From: the human T2T-CHM13v2.0 reference genome, Homo sapiens
NCBI RefSeq assembly: GCF_009914755.1
Contig: NC_060925.1
Reading direction: 5' to 3' (one strand)
Length of the DNA stretch: 64,000 bases
Under the pieces are notes generated by a model. That model saw nothing but the letters and a program-made list of their open reading frames with translations, was not told the DNA's origin and ran no database searches. This document shows positions 34,813 through 48,280 of this stretch, piece by piece (position 1 is the stretch's first letter; each line of letters opens with the position of its first letter). The position numbers and the translations under genes are program-made.

Positions 34813-37800
34813 CCTGGGAGAAACTCTCACCCAAGGATTCTGGGAGACAGAGAAGAATCTTCACAGCTGCATTTTCCATAAATAGGCCCAGACTAGAGAC
34901 AGCCCAAATATCCATCAACAGGAGAGAGGATAAGCCATGATGCATTTATACAATGAAATACTATATAGCAGTGAAATAAATGAGTTTTAAACAACCAAGT
35001 TGCTGAAAAATATATACAGTATGATGTCATATTTATAAAGTTCAAAAACAAGCTAAATTGTAGATTATTTAGAGGATAAAATACATAGCAAAGTTGTAAA
35101 GGGAACAGCTAACAAAAAAAATTCTATGTTGTGTTTACTTCTTAAAGGCAGGGAGGCTATGAAAGAAGTGCATAGGGAACTTCAACACTTTGGATTATAT
35201 TCTCTTTCTTAACCTGCATGGCAGGGTTTCATGTTTCCTCCTGCTTTAAAATTTTCATAAATTATTTTAAAAGTGTATGTATATTTGATACCTGGGGAGA
35301 ACAATATATTTCTTTGTTATGTATAAGTAGTTAAAAATTTTAAATAGAAAAAAAAGGTGTGTGCAGTATTCCGTGTTGGAGATGGTTTTAGTGAAACCAA
35401 TACTTATTATTAATTTTTTTGCACTGCTTCTGGGAATAAGAATGGGTACAGGTTTCTGAAAGGAATTTAGAACTATTCATAAAGAGTTAAAATTTTCATA
35501 TTTTGAGATTCAGTAATCCTACTTCTAGAAATATGTCTTTAAAATCATTAGAAATGTTATCAAATATTAATATTAAAGGATATTGATCACAGTAGTATTT
35601 ATAATAGGGAAAAATTGGAAATCACATAAACAGGCAATAATAGAAGCATATTCAAATATATTGTGCCAAAGCAATATGATAGATCATTCAGCCATTAGAT
35701 TATATATTAAAATAATATTTAATTATCAGCATAGCAAAAAAAGCTCATGATTTATTAAGGGAATAAAACTAGAAAACTGTATGTACATTATTATTTCAAT
35801 TATTCTTATGCATGTGCATGTTGGAGTGTGTAGTTGGTTTGCTTTTGTATTACCACCACAGAGCCCAAGAAATGCTGCTTTTAAAAATTTCATTGTCTGC
35901 TGCACCCTCTCCTACTTAGCTGAGAGAAAATCTAGTCCCAGTCTCTCTGTCTGTCCCTCTGTAGCATGTCAACTGCCCCAGCTGCTGGGCCTGCCTGACG
36001 TGGAGCCTGGGAGGGTGTGAAGTTTCTAGATGAGAGGTTCACAAGGCAGGCAGCGCATGCAGGAGAGAGCCAGGCCATTTGAAATGAAGTCTTCGTTGTT
36101 TAAGTATCACAGTCATTATTTATACACAATGCAGCTTCTCCTTGCTTGGAATGATTTGCCTTGCCTACGGCCATCCAAATTTCTACCCAATTTCTAGCTC
36201 TATATCTCCTCAGTCCTCTTCTATGAACCTGTTCTTAATTTATTTGACCCTCATGACCCCCTTCCCCATCCTTATCAGCAGCCCTGCTGCCCGACATCAC
36301 AACATTTTATACTTAGTTATATTAGGGTTCACAAATCACTTTCATTTTATCTGTACCATTAACTTAAAAAAATCATTTTAGTTTCATAGTTACCAAAGTA
36401 TTTATATAGGGCAGGAAACCCAAGTGGGATCCACTAAGTACTCTTGGTTAATTGATTAATTGATTGAGTTATAAGAGATTAAATCTAGCCTTCATGTGAC
36501 TTTAGGTATTAGATCCAAAATCTGGATCCTTAAACATCAACTTTCCCCTCTCCCCTCTAAAATGGCACGATCTTTTCAATGAGAGTCTGAGCAAAGGCAG
36601 TTCAGTTACTGAGAAAGAGAAACAGAAAGGCAGGGGAGTTAGGTCCTTTGATGTGCTCGCTACACAGAGAACTGAAGAAAATGCAAATGTTCCCTTCAAC
36701 TAAGAGAAGCTTATCAATATTAAGAAGTACATGGAAAAGAAGAAAGACGGAAGAAAAAAAGATAACACTTAACAAGAGGATAATTTAGCTTGTTGGCAAG
36801 CACTTAGGAGTCTGGTTCATGAAAAATTGCTATTGCATAGCAGGTTTTTCTAGGCTTTTGTGTGTGAATCATGGTATTGATTTCATGCAAATAATCACAT
36901 TTTGGTGGGTGTTAGGCTGTAGGATGGGATAGAGGGAGGGGTAATTGAGAGAAAATCAAAGAGAGTAGAGAAAGAGATGCCTGTTGCTCTTCCAGCCCTT
37001 CCTACAAAGACCAGCAGCTGGACTGTGTGCACATTGCTAATTAAAAGATGGACGCCCCTTCCTTCTGCTTCCTTTTCTCAAGGGTTGCTCCAGAAAGACA
37101 CTTGCCAAATAGAATGTTTTCTTCTCTGCGTTGGTTGAGATTGAATTATTGGAAGGGAGAAGAAAGAAAGATTGTGGATATACCTTAGGGATACGAATAA
37201 ACCTGATTTTTGCTGAAAAAAACAACCTGTCTCCAGCCACGGCTGAATATGATAGCGACTTTTTTTTGGCTGAGAAAAATCCGCTAAGTCTGTTTGCCAG
37301 TTGGACTGTTGTGGTGCCTTTTCTAAAGTATTGAAGTTTGTCTTTTAAATTCTTTTGAAAAGCAGAATTAGTTTACTTAGTTTGTTTCTAATAGCTAATG
37401 AGAACATCCAGGAGAGCTCAGGCTGGGGTAATGATGGTGACAACAATGAAAGCCATCTAAGATTTATATTTGATGTTCATGATTTACTCTTCCCTGGCCT
37501 TCACAGTTTACATATATTTATTCATTTAATCTCATGTCAGTCCTATAGGTAGGGGGTTTACAGATGAGGACATGTTAATATTCTAGCATTATGTGGCATA
37601 GCAGCCCCAGAGTTCATGTCTGTTCAAATTGTCTCTTGGGTCCAGATGGGGCCCATGGCTCTAATCACAGGTGAGATGGCAGGAAATAGGCAAAAGGGAA
37701 GAAGAGGTGAGGGCTGGAGTTGTGGAGGAGCTGAGGACAGTACCCAAGAGTGAAAGCCCCCAAGCAAATCAAAGACAGAATAAGAACAGAAGGGTCACAT

Positions 37801-39385
37801 TTGGAAGGCATGGGCCAAGAGTCCAAGACCCCATCCATGCAGTGGACTTTCAGTCTAGGATAGGCCAGTAAAGCAGTGAGTGAAGCCCAGTATTGAGCAG
37901 GACCCTGTAAGGCTGAAGCACTGAGAAGTAGGCAGTGATGGAGGATGCTGAGTCATCTAACCACTATGCAGAATGATATTAACAAAAATCAGGTGATGGA
38001 GTAAAGTGATTTGACCCCTAGTTGAGAAGATGATTCTGGGGTTGTTTAAATATCTAGTTAGCTCAGGGGGAAAAAACAAAACATATCAAAGGGGTGCATT
38101 TTTCTCAAGCTTGGTGGTTGTCAGGGCAAGGAGGGTTGGGAAACCTGCTGAGCTGGGATCATTGCTCAGACTAGAGAAATAATTCCGCTTCTCTTTACTA
38201 GAGAACCACTGATACATGGCTGCAGGCTCTTCTATTTTATTTTAGGGATATGTTGCCAAAATCAGGGATAAACCATTCTCTCATTTTGTCTTCATCAATG
38301 CTTTCCCTCCCACTAGGTTCCTTAGAAAATTATTTTCTTATGATTTTTTAATAGCTAGTGTTTTGAAGATAGGCTAACTACATGGCTAACTTGGGCAGCT
38401 AGTCCAAATCTCATTGCCTGCACTATTTGACTGGGGAAGAAGAAAATGGCTTGATGAAGTTGCTGCAGAGCTCCTTCGGGCTTTGAACAAATTGCTCTAA
38501 TATGAGAAGTCGCCACTCTGCTTCCCAGTGTCATTAAGGAGCCCCATGTGAAGGAACGATATTAGTTTTCACTTAGAGAGCGAAGGCCACCAACAACTGG
38601 AAAAAAGAAAACTGAAATGTGGTTAATGGGCCAATTTGGTGACACAATTGGGAACCCAGACATTTTGCCTCCTGCCAAGCTGTCTTGAATTTGTATGATA
38701 CAGAAACAGAGCAAGAAGAATAGATCAATGCATTTGTTCGTTCTATTAAGGGGAAAAAGAAAAAGGCATAGTTTGGATTTCTTTCTTTCAAAACCAATTA
38801 CTCCACCTCATAGGCATGGGAATTGCATAGCACTATCTTTGTGTAGAGAGCTGGAAAGTCTCCCAGCAGGGAAAGGTCAAGTTTTATGCAAGGAAATTTG
38901 AACCAATAATCAGCCTTTCACCTCCATGATATCTGTTGTATTAAAAACTTAATAAATATTAATTACATGTTAGGGCTATTCTTGTTTCATTTTACAGATC
39001 TGACTCACCTGAATCTTTTTTAAATCTGCAAAGAAATGTCTATTTTTCTTTTATAAGAACTCTTGTAGAATGATTGGCTTTCTATCTATTTTGTGTTTTC
39101 TTTCTGTTCTGAGGTTACAGTAAAATTTGACAACATTTTAATACTGAACGGAATTGGTTTCTCTTCACCATGGAGAATGAATGAAGGCAGGCCTGACAGG
39201 AAAGCAGAGCACATGCAGAGAATGGAATTCTGCCCATAGCCAGCATCTCCATTTATTATGTGAGAGTAGGTAAAAACCACTTACTAACTAATGTTTTATC
39301 TTTAATTGTCCACCCTTGGACCTACTTTCCTCTTTCCCGAGTGCCCAGCAGTATATCCTAACATGATAAATGAAGAATTATCTCC

Positions 39386-40298
<913 letters not shown>

Positions 40299-40314
40299 GC
40301 ACCCTCTTCCAAAA

Positions 40315-41660
40315 TATGATTGATCCGTTCAACAAGCAGTCATTTTTGTATCTCTTATTTTCAAGGTATTACACTTGACTATTTGGAAATTTTAACAAGG
40401 TCTGGTTTATTAGGTTGATTAATATGCACTGAGGGAAATAAGAAATGAAACAACTGGAATATATATGGAAAAAACCATATGCATAAACATATGCATAAGT
40501 GTCCCAATAAATGTGCTGAGAAAACTACAACTCAAAGAACACTGAAGGGTAAAGTGATCTGGAAGTTTGCTTCATTTGGGTTATGAGGTTTGAATTAAAC
40601 TCTAAGGATATATGGAATTTGGATTGGTGGAGAATAAGAGATCATTTAAGTGAGAGAAATTGCATTGGTGGAGACCTCAGGAGTGAAAAGGTGTAAGTGA
40701 CTAAGGTATTGCATGAAGATGAATATGACTAAAGAGATAAAGGACAGAATTGGGTCCAGATAAGAGAGGATTTTAAATTTGGATCTGACCCAGTTAGTGA
40801 TGACAATGCTCTGGTCTCTTAAGCAAGAGTCAAATGCTGAAATGAAATTTGGCAGAGTCTTTTGTCAGTAATGTTAGAGATGGGAGTGGACAACCAGAGA
40901 CAACTGAGCAGAGGAAATGACCAAGAATCTGTTGCACAAATCTAGGAATAAATTGATGAGGATGCATTGACTGAGGGATTGGAGAGCAAGGAAAAATGTG
41001 AGTCTTTGGAGCAAGACACTGGCAGTCTTCAGCAACTGAGGAGACACGGGGGAGTAGAGGAATGAAATGGCTGTGTCATGGTTTAATGAATTTGAGATTT
41101 GAGAAATAAAGAATGAAAAATCAATTTGAAAGGAAAACACATTAGGCTTGATTTTAAACAGTAATTTGGGGACATAATAATTTAGTTTAAAAATCCTGTA
41201 TGTAGCTGGAAATGTAGAAGGTTACAATGGAGTTGTGAGAACAATTTTCATGGTGTCTTTGGTCAACATCCTCAGAAATGAAGCTTCTCGAAGGAAACGA
41301 TTATAGGCAAGAAGGACCCAGATTGAATCTTACATCTTAGAGGGTAGACACAGGCAGGACTGAGAAAAAGAAAGAGGAAATGGTGACCAGCTTTGAGTCT
41401 CAGTGAAGGAGGATTAGATATTGCAGTACAGATGCCCGTCAACTTATGATGAGGTTATGTTCGGATGGAGTCACAACAGCATTACATCCTGACATCCTGA
41501 CATCACTCCATCATAAGTCAAGGAGCACGGTGAATGCACATCGCTTCACACCATTATAAAATAAAAAAAAATCCTAAGTTGAAACATCATAAGTCAGGAA
41601 CCATCTGTATTTCTAAAAGTTGCCCCAAAGGTTTTGTCAAGGTAGAAGAGACTAAGGTGT
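40315..41660 (-). mobile_element. L2 fragments
   Basis: CCGTTCAACAAGCAGTCATTT 3' end followed by degenerate purine-rich L2 antisense. Confidence 0.55.
41429..41607. mobile_element. MER47-like TcMar-Tigger MITE
   Basis: CAGATGCCCGTCAACTTATGATG ... CATCATAAGTCAGGAACCATCTG inverted termini with TA on both sides. Confidence 0.8.
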
Positions 41661-42869
41661 ATTACTCATGAAAGGCAGTTATACAAGTGAGAGGAAGGGG
41701 GTGAGTAAAACATGTGAGATGGGATTAATTCACAGTGAAAATGTGTTTGGTTTTTTTGGGGGGAAAAGGGCCACACGTGTATGCAATAAAGAATTTGCAT
41801 GGGCAAAAAAAAGAATCCCAAATCAATTTTATTGTAAAGAACACTGCTCTTAAAATACGTTTTCCCCAATGAGCTTATATTATATGCATAATTTTGTAGT
41901 TTGTAGACTCATATAGATACAGACACAAATGCACTAGGAGGGTGTCTGGATAGTCTGTGTGGGGAATGGAGGGAAAGTGATGCTATAAAAGCAATCCAGA
42001 CAGGACAGAATTACTCTGCATCCATGACAGCATGTGTGGCTTGTTGCCATTGGCAGCACAATGTGTGTTGCAAATCAAATCAAATTTTTGTTTCAGTTTT
42101 CTTATCTCTGATCTCACAAGAGACACACTGAAAAACCTGCAATCCCCACTCAAACACGCCCCAAGACATCCACTGAGACTTCTAAGGAAAAGCAGAGTTC
42201 ATCTGAGCTTGGGCCCTTAAAGTTAGCCTGTGGTTTCTGATGAGGGAGATCTAAAGCATAGAAGTTGATCCTATATGCTGGTGGAGAGATGACTTCACAG
42301 AATTTTAGAGGGATAAAAACATCTAGACACACATCCACATCCACTGCCTACTCATACACACATGGAGAGAGTCACGTTTAATAAGATCCAGACTGATTTG
42401 ACTTTAAAAATATTATCTGTGCTTTTAAAATAATCCATGCTGGCTTCAGTTCAACTCTTCAAATAGTAACTAAAGTCAGCTCATCTTCTATATGCATCTG
42501 TTTTGCATCCTTGAAATAGAGTCCTTCAGTCTCCTGTAATAGAAGGGTCTGTGAGGCTAAAGCTATCAGATACCGTTTCCTGAACCTTGGAAAAAATTAT
42601 TCAGTTAGAAAGTGATTGAGTTCCCTGTCACCTTCAGTGTGGCCTGTCCCAGAAGCCCAGTCTCAGGAATGCAGGTAAGAGGAAGACATTCTCTTCCTGT
42701 GATATAGGCAATTCCCTAGGCCACAACCAGAGTAGATACGGTTCTGAGTCCCAGGATGTGCTAAGAGGACTTTTGGATTCTAGCCCTTGCTTCGAAAGAA
42801 AGTATTTTAATGCTTTTTGTACCCTCCTCCTGCCAAGTCCCAGTTAAATGAAAATGGGCCTTAAGAATT

Positions 42870-43082
42870 AAGCCAGAAGAAGAAAAAGAGATAAGTGGGA
42901 AAAGGGAGAAAAAGAGAAAGGAAGAGAGAATCAAGTAACGGAAAAAAGAAAATAAAGCAAAAAGGGAGGAAGGGAAGAACGGTAGAAGGAAGGAAGGAAA
43001 AAAGTCCAGAAGTAAGGGATTCCGTGAGAGACACAGAGAGCGAGAGCCGGAAACAGAGGGTTAGAGAGGAAGCGGGAGGAGA
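42870..43082 (+). repeat. Purine-rich (GA) low-complexity tract
   Basis: GAAAAGGGAGAAAAAGAGAAAGGAAGAGAG... Confidence 0.75.
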
Positions 43083-43637
43083 GGTTGTCTGGAGCAGCTC
43101 ATCTGAACAAAATCAGACTTCCCACAGGCAGCTGCTCAAGTGGCCCAATCCATCATCCACATCTCAGGCTCCCACGATCAATGGCAAAGTCAGTCATTTG
43201 ACCATCCATGTAACATCAGAATCATTATGAACCAAACACCAGAGACTGGTGTATTGAGCTGCTCAACCGTTTGCACCAGAGGTAGGGAATGCTGAACAAA
43301 CAGGCTCCACAAACTGCACCTCAGGGGTGTGCGTGCTTGGTTTTGGACTAGGCCATTTTTCTTGCGCTCTAAAAAAGTTATAAGACAAATCATGTTCTTA
43401 AGAGATGACTGTAATCCATTCTTCTGCTAAAGAGGCATCTCATGGCATACAATGTCCAGCCTAGAGACTACCCTATGGCATCACAGCATTCCTTATCCTG
43501 CCCCCAGTGACCTCCTATCCAATGGGCTCTTCTCAGGTTAGATCTCTCTTGCCTTGGATGCTGTTGATCATTCTCTCCTCCATGGAAATTTGCCTCCTTT
43601 GACTTTAGAAAGAATGTCTTTCCCTGCTTCTTTATCA

Positions 43638-43765
43638 TAGAGTGACCAACCATCCTGGCTTGCCCAGAGTTTAGGGGTGTCTAAAACCGAGGGGTTTCTG
43701 GTGCTCAGGATTTTTAGTGCTAAGATGGAAGCTTCCAGGCAAAGTGGAATGGGTTGGTCACCCTG
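43638..43765. mobile_element. MER81-like hAT-Blackjack MITE
   Basis: Terminal inverted repeats TAGAGTGACCAACC / GGTTGGTCACCCTG. Confidence 0.75.
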
Positions 43766-45252
43766 TCTCACCTCACTAATCTCTGCCCAGCCCCCAGTAT
43801 GGGTTCCTTTCCATTGCCCATACTTTGAAAGCAGGATGCCATCTTCCTCTCCTTAGATCACACTTTTTCCAGGGTATCTTATTCATTGGGTTTTTAACTT
43901 TTCCTATGTACTGACATGTGCAAATGTGCCTCAGATTCAACAGGTTGCTCACAGGGTCACATCTATACATGATATATCCATATAAGCCATTCTCCCATTG
44001 TCTTTCTCAATTGTCCTTTTGGCCTTTTTAGGTATAACTTTAGCTAGATCTTCTCCATATAGTTTTACCTGATTTCTCTAGCCATTTCTAGTTTCTCTTC
44101 TTTCAGACTTCCTTTAATAGAGACTGCATCATGCACCCCAGGACTTAATCATACCGTGTTCCAAAATGTTACCTAATTTTGTGCATTGATCCTATAGGTC
44201 TTTAAAATTATGGTGTTGAGACAAGTAGACCTGGATTTTGAGCTCTACCAATAATTTCCTAATAGTCATTGAGCACATACTATGGAGAGCCAATATTTCA
44301 ACTGTTTTATATTGTGTCTTATTTATTCTTTACAACTTCATGAGGAACCATTTTACAGATGAGAAAAGTGAGACTCAGGGGTATTAATAACATGTCCATG
44401 GAAACACAGTAGGTAGGGTTACTCTTTAGTTGTCTGAATTAGAGCTAAGTGCTTGGCTAGTAATTGTAGTAAGGTTTCAGTAAAAGCACGATTAAATACA
44501 CCATAACTATTTTCAAGAAAATTTCTTAATACTTGAATGTTTATACTACTAGTGACCAAATCTTTCCATAAATTCTCTTCTCATTCTCTCATAACCTGCC
44601 CAGAATGTCTAAACAAAAGCTGCTTTGGCCCTCAGAGATTCCAGGCCCATAAGAGCTTGATGCTAATGCATCCTGTGGCACTCTTGCTCTACACTACCCT
44701 GAAACTCCCCCCTTGGCCTCAAACCATTGTAACATCCCCACCCTCCCCAAGTAAATATTTTATCTTTCACAAGCAGCTGGAAGAAGAGAGGTGCACTAGC
44801 AGCAGCCTCGGTCAATCCTGCTTAAATATTGATCACAAACATCGTTAAAATAAAAGTCTATCGACTCAGCTGGTGACTTTGCAGCTTCAACACTTTGCAG
44901 AATGCAATTTTCCATGTGCGGTGACTCCAAGCAACTTACTTGAGTTATGATGTTAATAAGTGAGGCACCTCCTTCGGGAGAGCTCTGGTGTCCTGGAGGC
45001 AGCTGCAGAAAGGAACCAACCTTTTGGTTGGAGGCAATTACAAAGTTCCCTCCCTGCCTCCTTCCCACAGCCTTAGTATCCCTGCAGGTCAGCTTTTAGG
45101 ATGCTAGCTTTTCACCTTTGGAAGCAGAGTTGGCATGCTTCCAGGAGCTGGAAATGAGTGTCTTCTGTGGCCTTGAAAACACAAGGACAAAGTGAAAGAA
45201 AGGAGAGTTGGAAGGGATCTGGCAAAACTGGGTTGAGTTTACTGCTCTGAGG

Positions 45253-45440
45253 CAGTTGTGCTCAAACTTTAGCATCTATCAGAATCATTTGGAGGACTTG
45301 TGAAAACACAGATGGATGTACCCTACCCCTTGGGTTTCTGATTTAGGAGATATGGAGTGAGGTTTGTGAAGCTGTATTTCCAACAAGTTCCCAGGTCATG
45401 CTGAAGATGCTGGTCTGGGGACCACACTTTGAGAACAGTA
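45253..45440. mobile_element. MER5A
   Basis: CAGTTGTGCTCAAACTTTAGC...TCAGAATCA...CTTGTGAAAACACAGAT...GGACCACACTTTGAGAAC. Confidence 0.85.
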
Positions 45441-47375
45441 TCATTATCCACAGCCATGCAAAGATAACTGGCCATGGAACCATTGCCTCCTCAGAGTGTT
45501 CTCTGGTGCCAGGCATCCTCTATTTTTGCAGCTTAGAGCTCATCTATCCAGTGGTTTTTAAACTCTTTTAATGAAATTTCTTACAAATGAAATCCCATGT
45601 GGAAGCCCAAGATATAGGAGTGATAGACGGCTTTGCTCTGGTTGAAGTGAGGGCAGAAAGCACCAGCAGAGTCCTGTGCCTCTGAGAAACATGATTTGAA
45701 AACCTCTGATTTACTCCAATCAGAATTGGGTGTTTCTAAATACACTTCTTTTACAAATGAGGCAGCTGAGACCCCAGATGAAGACATGGTTCATCTACAG
45801 AGAGCCAGGCTTAGAGCCCGTATTTTCCTCTTTCCCAGAACAGATATTACATCTAGCAGATGACGGATAGTTGACCATTCTTAGCAGAATGATGACTGGG
45901 GATGAAGAGACCTTTTATGGGAAAATTCAGCCAGTCATCAGTCTTGTAGGGAAATCTGTATCTTTCACATTGGCTAGTGGGGAGAAAAGACATTCAGAGC
46001 TTTCCCATGTGGCCTGGCTCTAGGAATTCATTCAGTCTGTTTTAGGAGTGTGCCTAGCCTATCCCTGACTCTGACCTCTAGACAGACAGATTCTCTGGAG
46101 AAAGGAGGTAGTTGTATGGCAGCATAAAGAAGGGTTGGCAAGAAAGAGGCATGGCCTAGGAAGCAGGAGGGGCATCTTATACATAGCACCTAGCTGTAAT
46201 TGGCAGAAATTTGACAATGGGCAAATCTAAGGAGAAGAAAATGATAAAATGTTCTGCTTTTCAAATCTTCCTATGTGGAAATCTCAGTTATTGGATTGAT
46301 GGGATAGGAGTGGAGAACCAGAGCAATTCAACAGAAGCTGAGCAAGAGGCAAGAGATTCTAACTCCTTTTCTCTCTCGTTTGTGTTTTTCCTTCCTGCCA
46401 CCACTTGGGATCATGACAAACCCCACGGTCCTGAGTAGGCACAGGATAGTTGTCCTCTGGGTTCCCAAGAGGAAAGGTAAATGGAGTCTCATTCATGATA
46501 GGTTTCCCTCTAAAATGGGACATGAAGACAATAGGAGAGTCCCATTAACTGGTTTAACTTTGAAACAGTCAAGGGATACTGACTGTTTTCACTCCTCTGG
46601 TACCAAGTGGCACAGAACAGGTGACTCAGGTGGCACAGGAAAGCAAGGCCAGCTTAAGCTTCATGAGCATTTGCTCTGGGAAGCAAAGCAGACTATTGAT
46701 GAGATGCTCAGCTCCATATGCAGAGAGGAGTAAGCTGTGCAAGTGGATTTCCATTGCATATGAAAACAACTAGAAAGCAAGTATATGTGCATTCCCCACA
46801 TCCAGCAAACCCTATCCATTTTGTTCCCTTCCAACTCTCTCAGTTCTGCAGCCAACTCTTTCTCTGCTGGTAATGTTTCAGGAGTCCTGCAGTGTGTTGA
46901 GAAGGCCGTCTGTGACTCCTTTCACCACAGCTTTTACAGGACCAGCCACTTCTTCCCAGTTAGCTCTGAAGATAAATAGGGAGCATTGAGGCCTCAGGAG
47001 GTCTGATTGGGATAAACAGTTCCAAATGCTCTTTCGGAGTTCCTAGACCTTATTTGAAACAGCTGACATGCTGAACTCAGTCAGCTTTGACTGGAAATGC
47101 CATTCCACTTGAATGCAAAGTTTATGTTGCTGTTATATTACCCATAAGGAATGAATAAATAATAATTAAAATACTAAAATTAAGAGATTAAAATCTCTTT
47201 TAGGGAGACATAAACAATGCTGGAAAGGCTCTTGGGAAAGCATTTAATCTGAACAAGAGTGAGTCGGAATTGCCTTATTCCTCAGACATACCAAGCATAT
47301 TTTTTCCTCAGGATCTTTGCATATACTTTCATTTAGGAACATTCTTCCCAGAAATTCAAATATATATATATTTAC

Positions 47376-47751
47376 TGTATTAGTCCATTCTCATGCTGCT
47401 CTGAAGAGAAGAAATAACTGAGACTGGGTAATTTATAAAGGAAAGAGGTTTAATTGACTCACAGTCTTGCATGTCTGGGGAGGCCTCAGGAAACTTACAA
47501 TCATGGTGGCAGGCACCTCTTCACAGGGCAGTAGGAGAAAGAATGAGTGCCAGCAGGGGAAATGCCAGACACTTAAACAACTATCAGATCTGGTAAGACT
47601 CATGCATTGTCATGAGAACAGCATGAGGGAAACCACTTCCATTATTCAATTACTTCCCATGGGGTCCCTCCCATAATCCCCATGACACGTGGGGATTATG
47701 AGAACTACAATTCAAGATGAGATTTGGGTGAGGACACAGCCAAACCATAAA
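47376..47751 (-). mobile_element. THE1D solo LTR
   Basis: TGTATTAGTCCATTCTCATGCTGCT...GGCACCTCTTCACAGGGCAG...GGGGAAATGCCAGAC...GGACACAGCCAAACCATA. Confidence 0.88.
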
Positions 47752-47755
47752 TATG

Positions 47756-47950
47756 GCTGTGTGAGTATATATCCCATATATGTGTGTGTGTGTCAGAGAG
47801 AGAGAGTGTGTGTGTGTATATATATATACACACACACAGACAAACCATATATATAATATACATATATTCATATATACATATATATGGGATATAAACACAC
47901 ACTATATATGGGGTATATACACACGTATGTGTGTGTGTGTGTATGTGTAT
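47756..47950. repeat. Compound (TG/GA/TA/CA)n microsatellite with inverted symmetry
   Basis: Directly visible. Confidence 0.95.
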
Positions 47951-48280
47951 TTCTCCCTTCTTTCGTTAAAGTCCCTGGTCCAACATCAGTGCCTCAGAAA
48001 GTTCTTCCCTAATCATCCTTTCTAAAGGGGCACCCCACCTTTATTCTCTATAATACAGTATCTATACAATTATCTCATTTTATTTGTCCCATAGCACTTA
48101 TCAGTACTTGGCATTCTATTCCATGGTCTTGTTTCTCAGTTCTTGTTGGCCTGTCTTCTAGCAGTATGTAAGCTCCATGAGGACAGGGTTTGCTTGCCCT
48201 CTTCCACACTGTATCCTGAGGGTCTGAACTTTGATTTTCACATGGTGCATACTCAGTAAACTTTTTTTGAGTGAGTGAAT
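47951..48280 (+). mobile_element. L2a 3' end (upstream part at ~47230-47355)
   Basis: CATAGCACTTATCA...ATGTAAGCTCCATGAGGACAGGG...ACTCAGTAAAC...TGAGTGAGTGAAT. Confidence 0.8.

Larger units (their letters stand above)
32190..35345 (+). mobile_element. Old L1M(E) ORF2/3'UTR fragments, split by a Charlie element at 33481-34812
   Basis: A-rich L1 3' motifs (GAAATGCAAAT, ACAATGAAATGCCATTTTACGCCCACTAG, CCCAAATATCCATCAACAGGAGA) continue across the insert. Confidence 0.75.

Noticed and set aside
42895-43230. Lys/Arg/Glu-rich 111-aa ORF
   Set aside because: Translation of a purine-rich low-complexity tract.
47640-47655. DUX4 site in the THE1D and THE1C LTRs
   Set aside because: THE1D reads TAATTGAATAA, which has lost the C of TAATTGAATCA, and the THE1C LTR copies have different spacing or a mutated TAA. 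None matches the motif.
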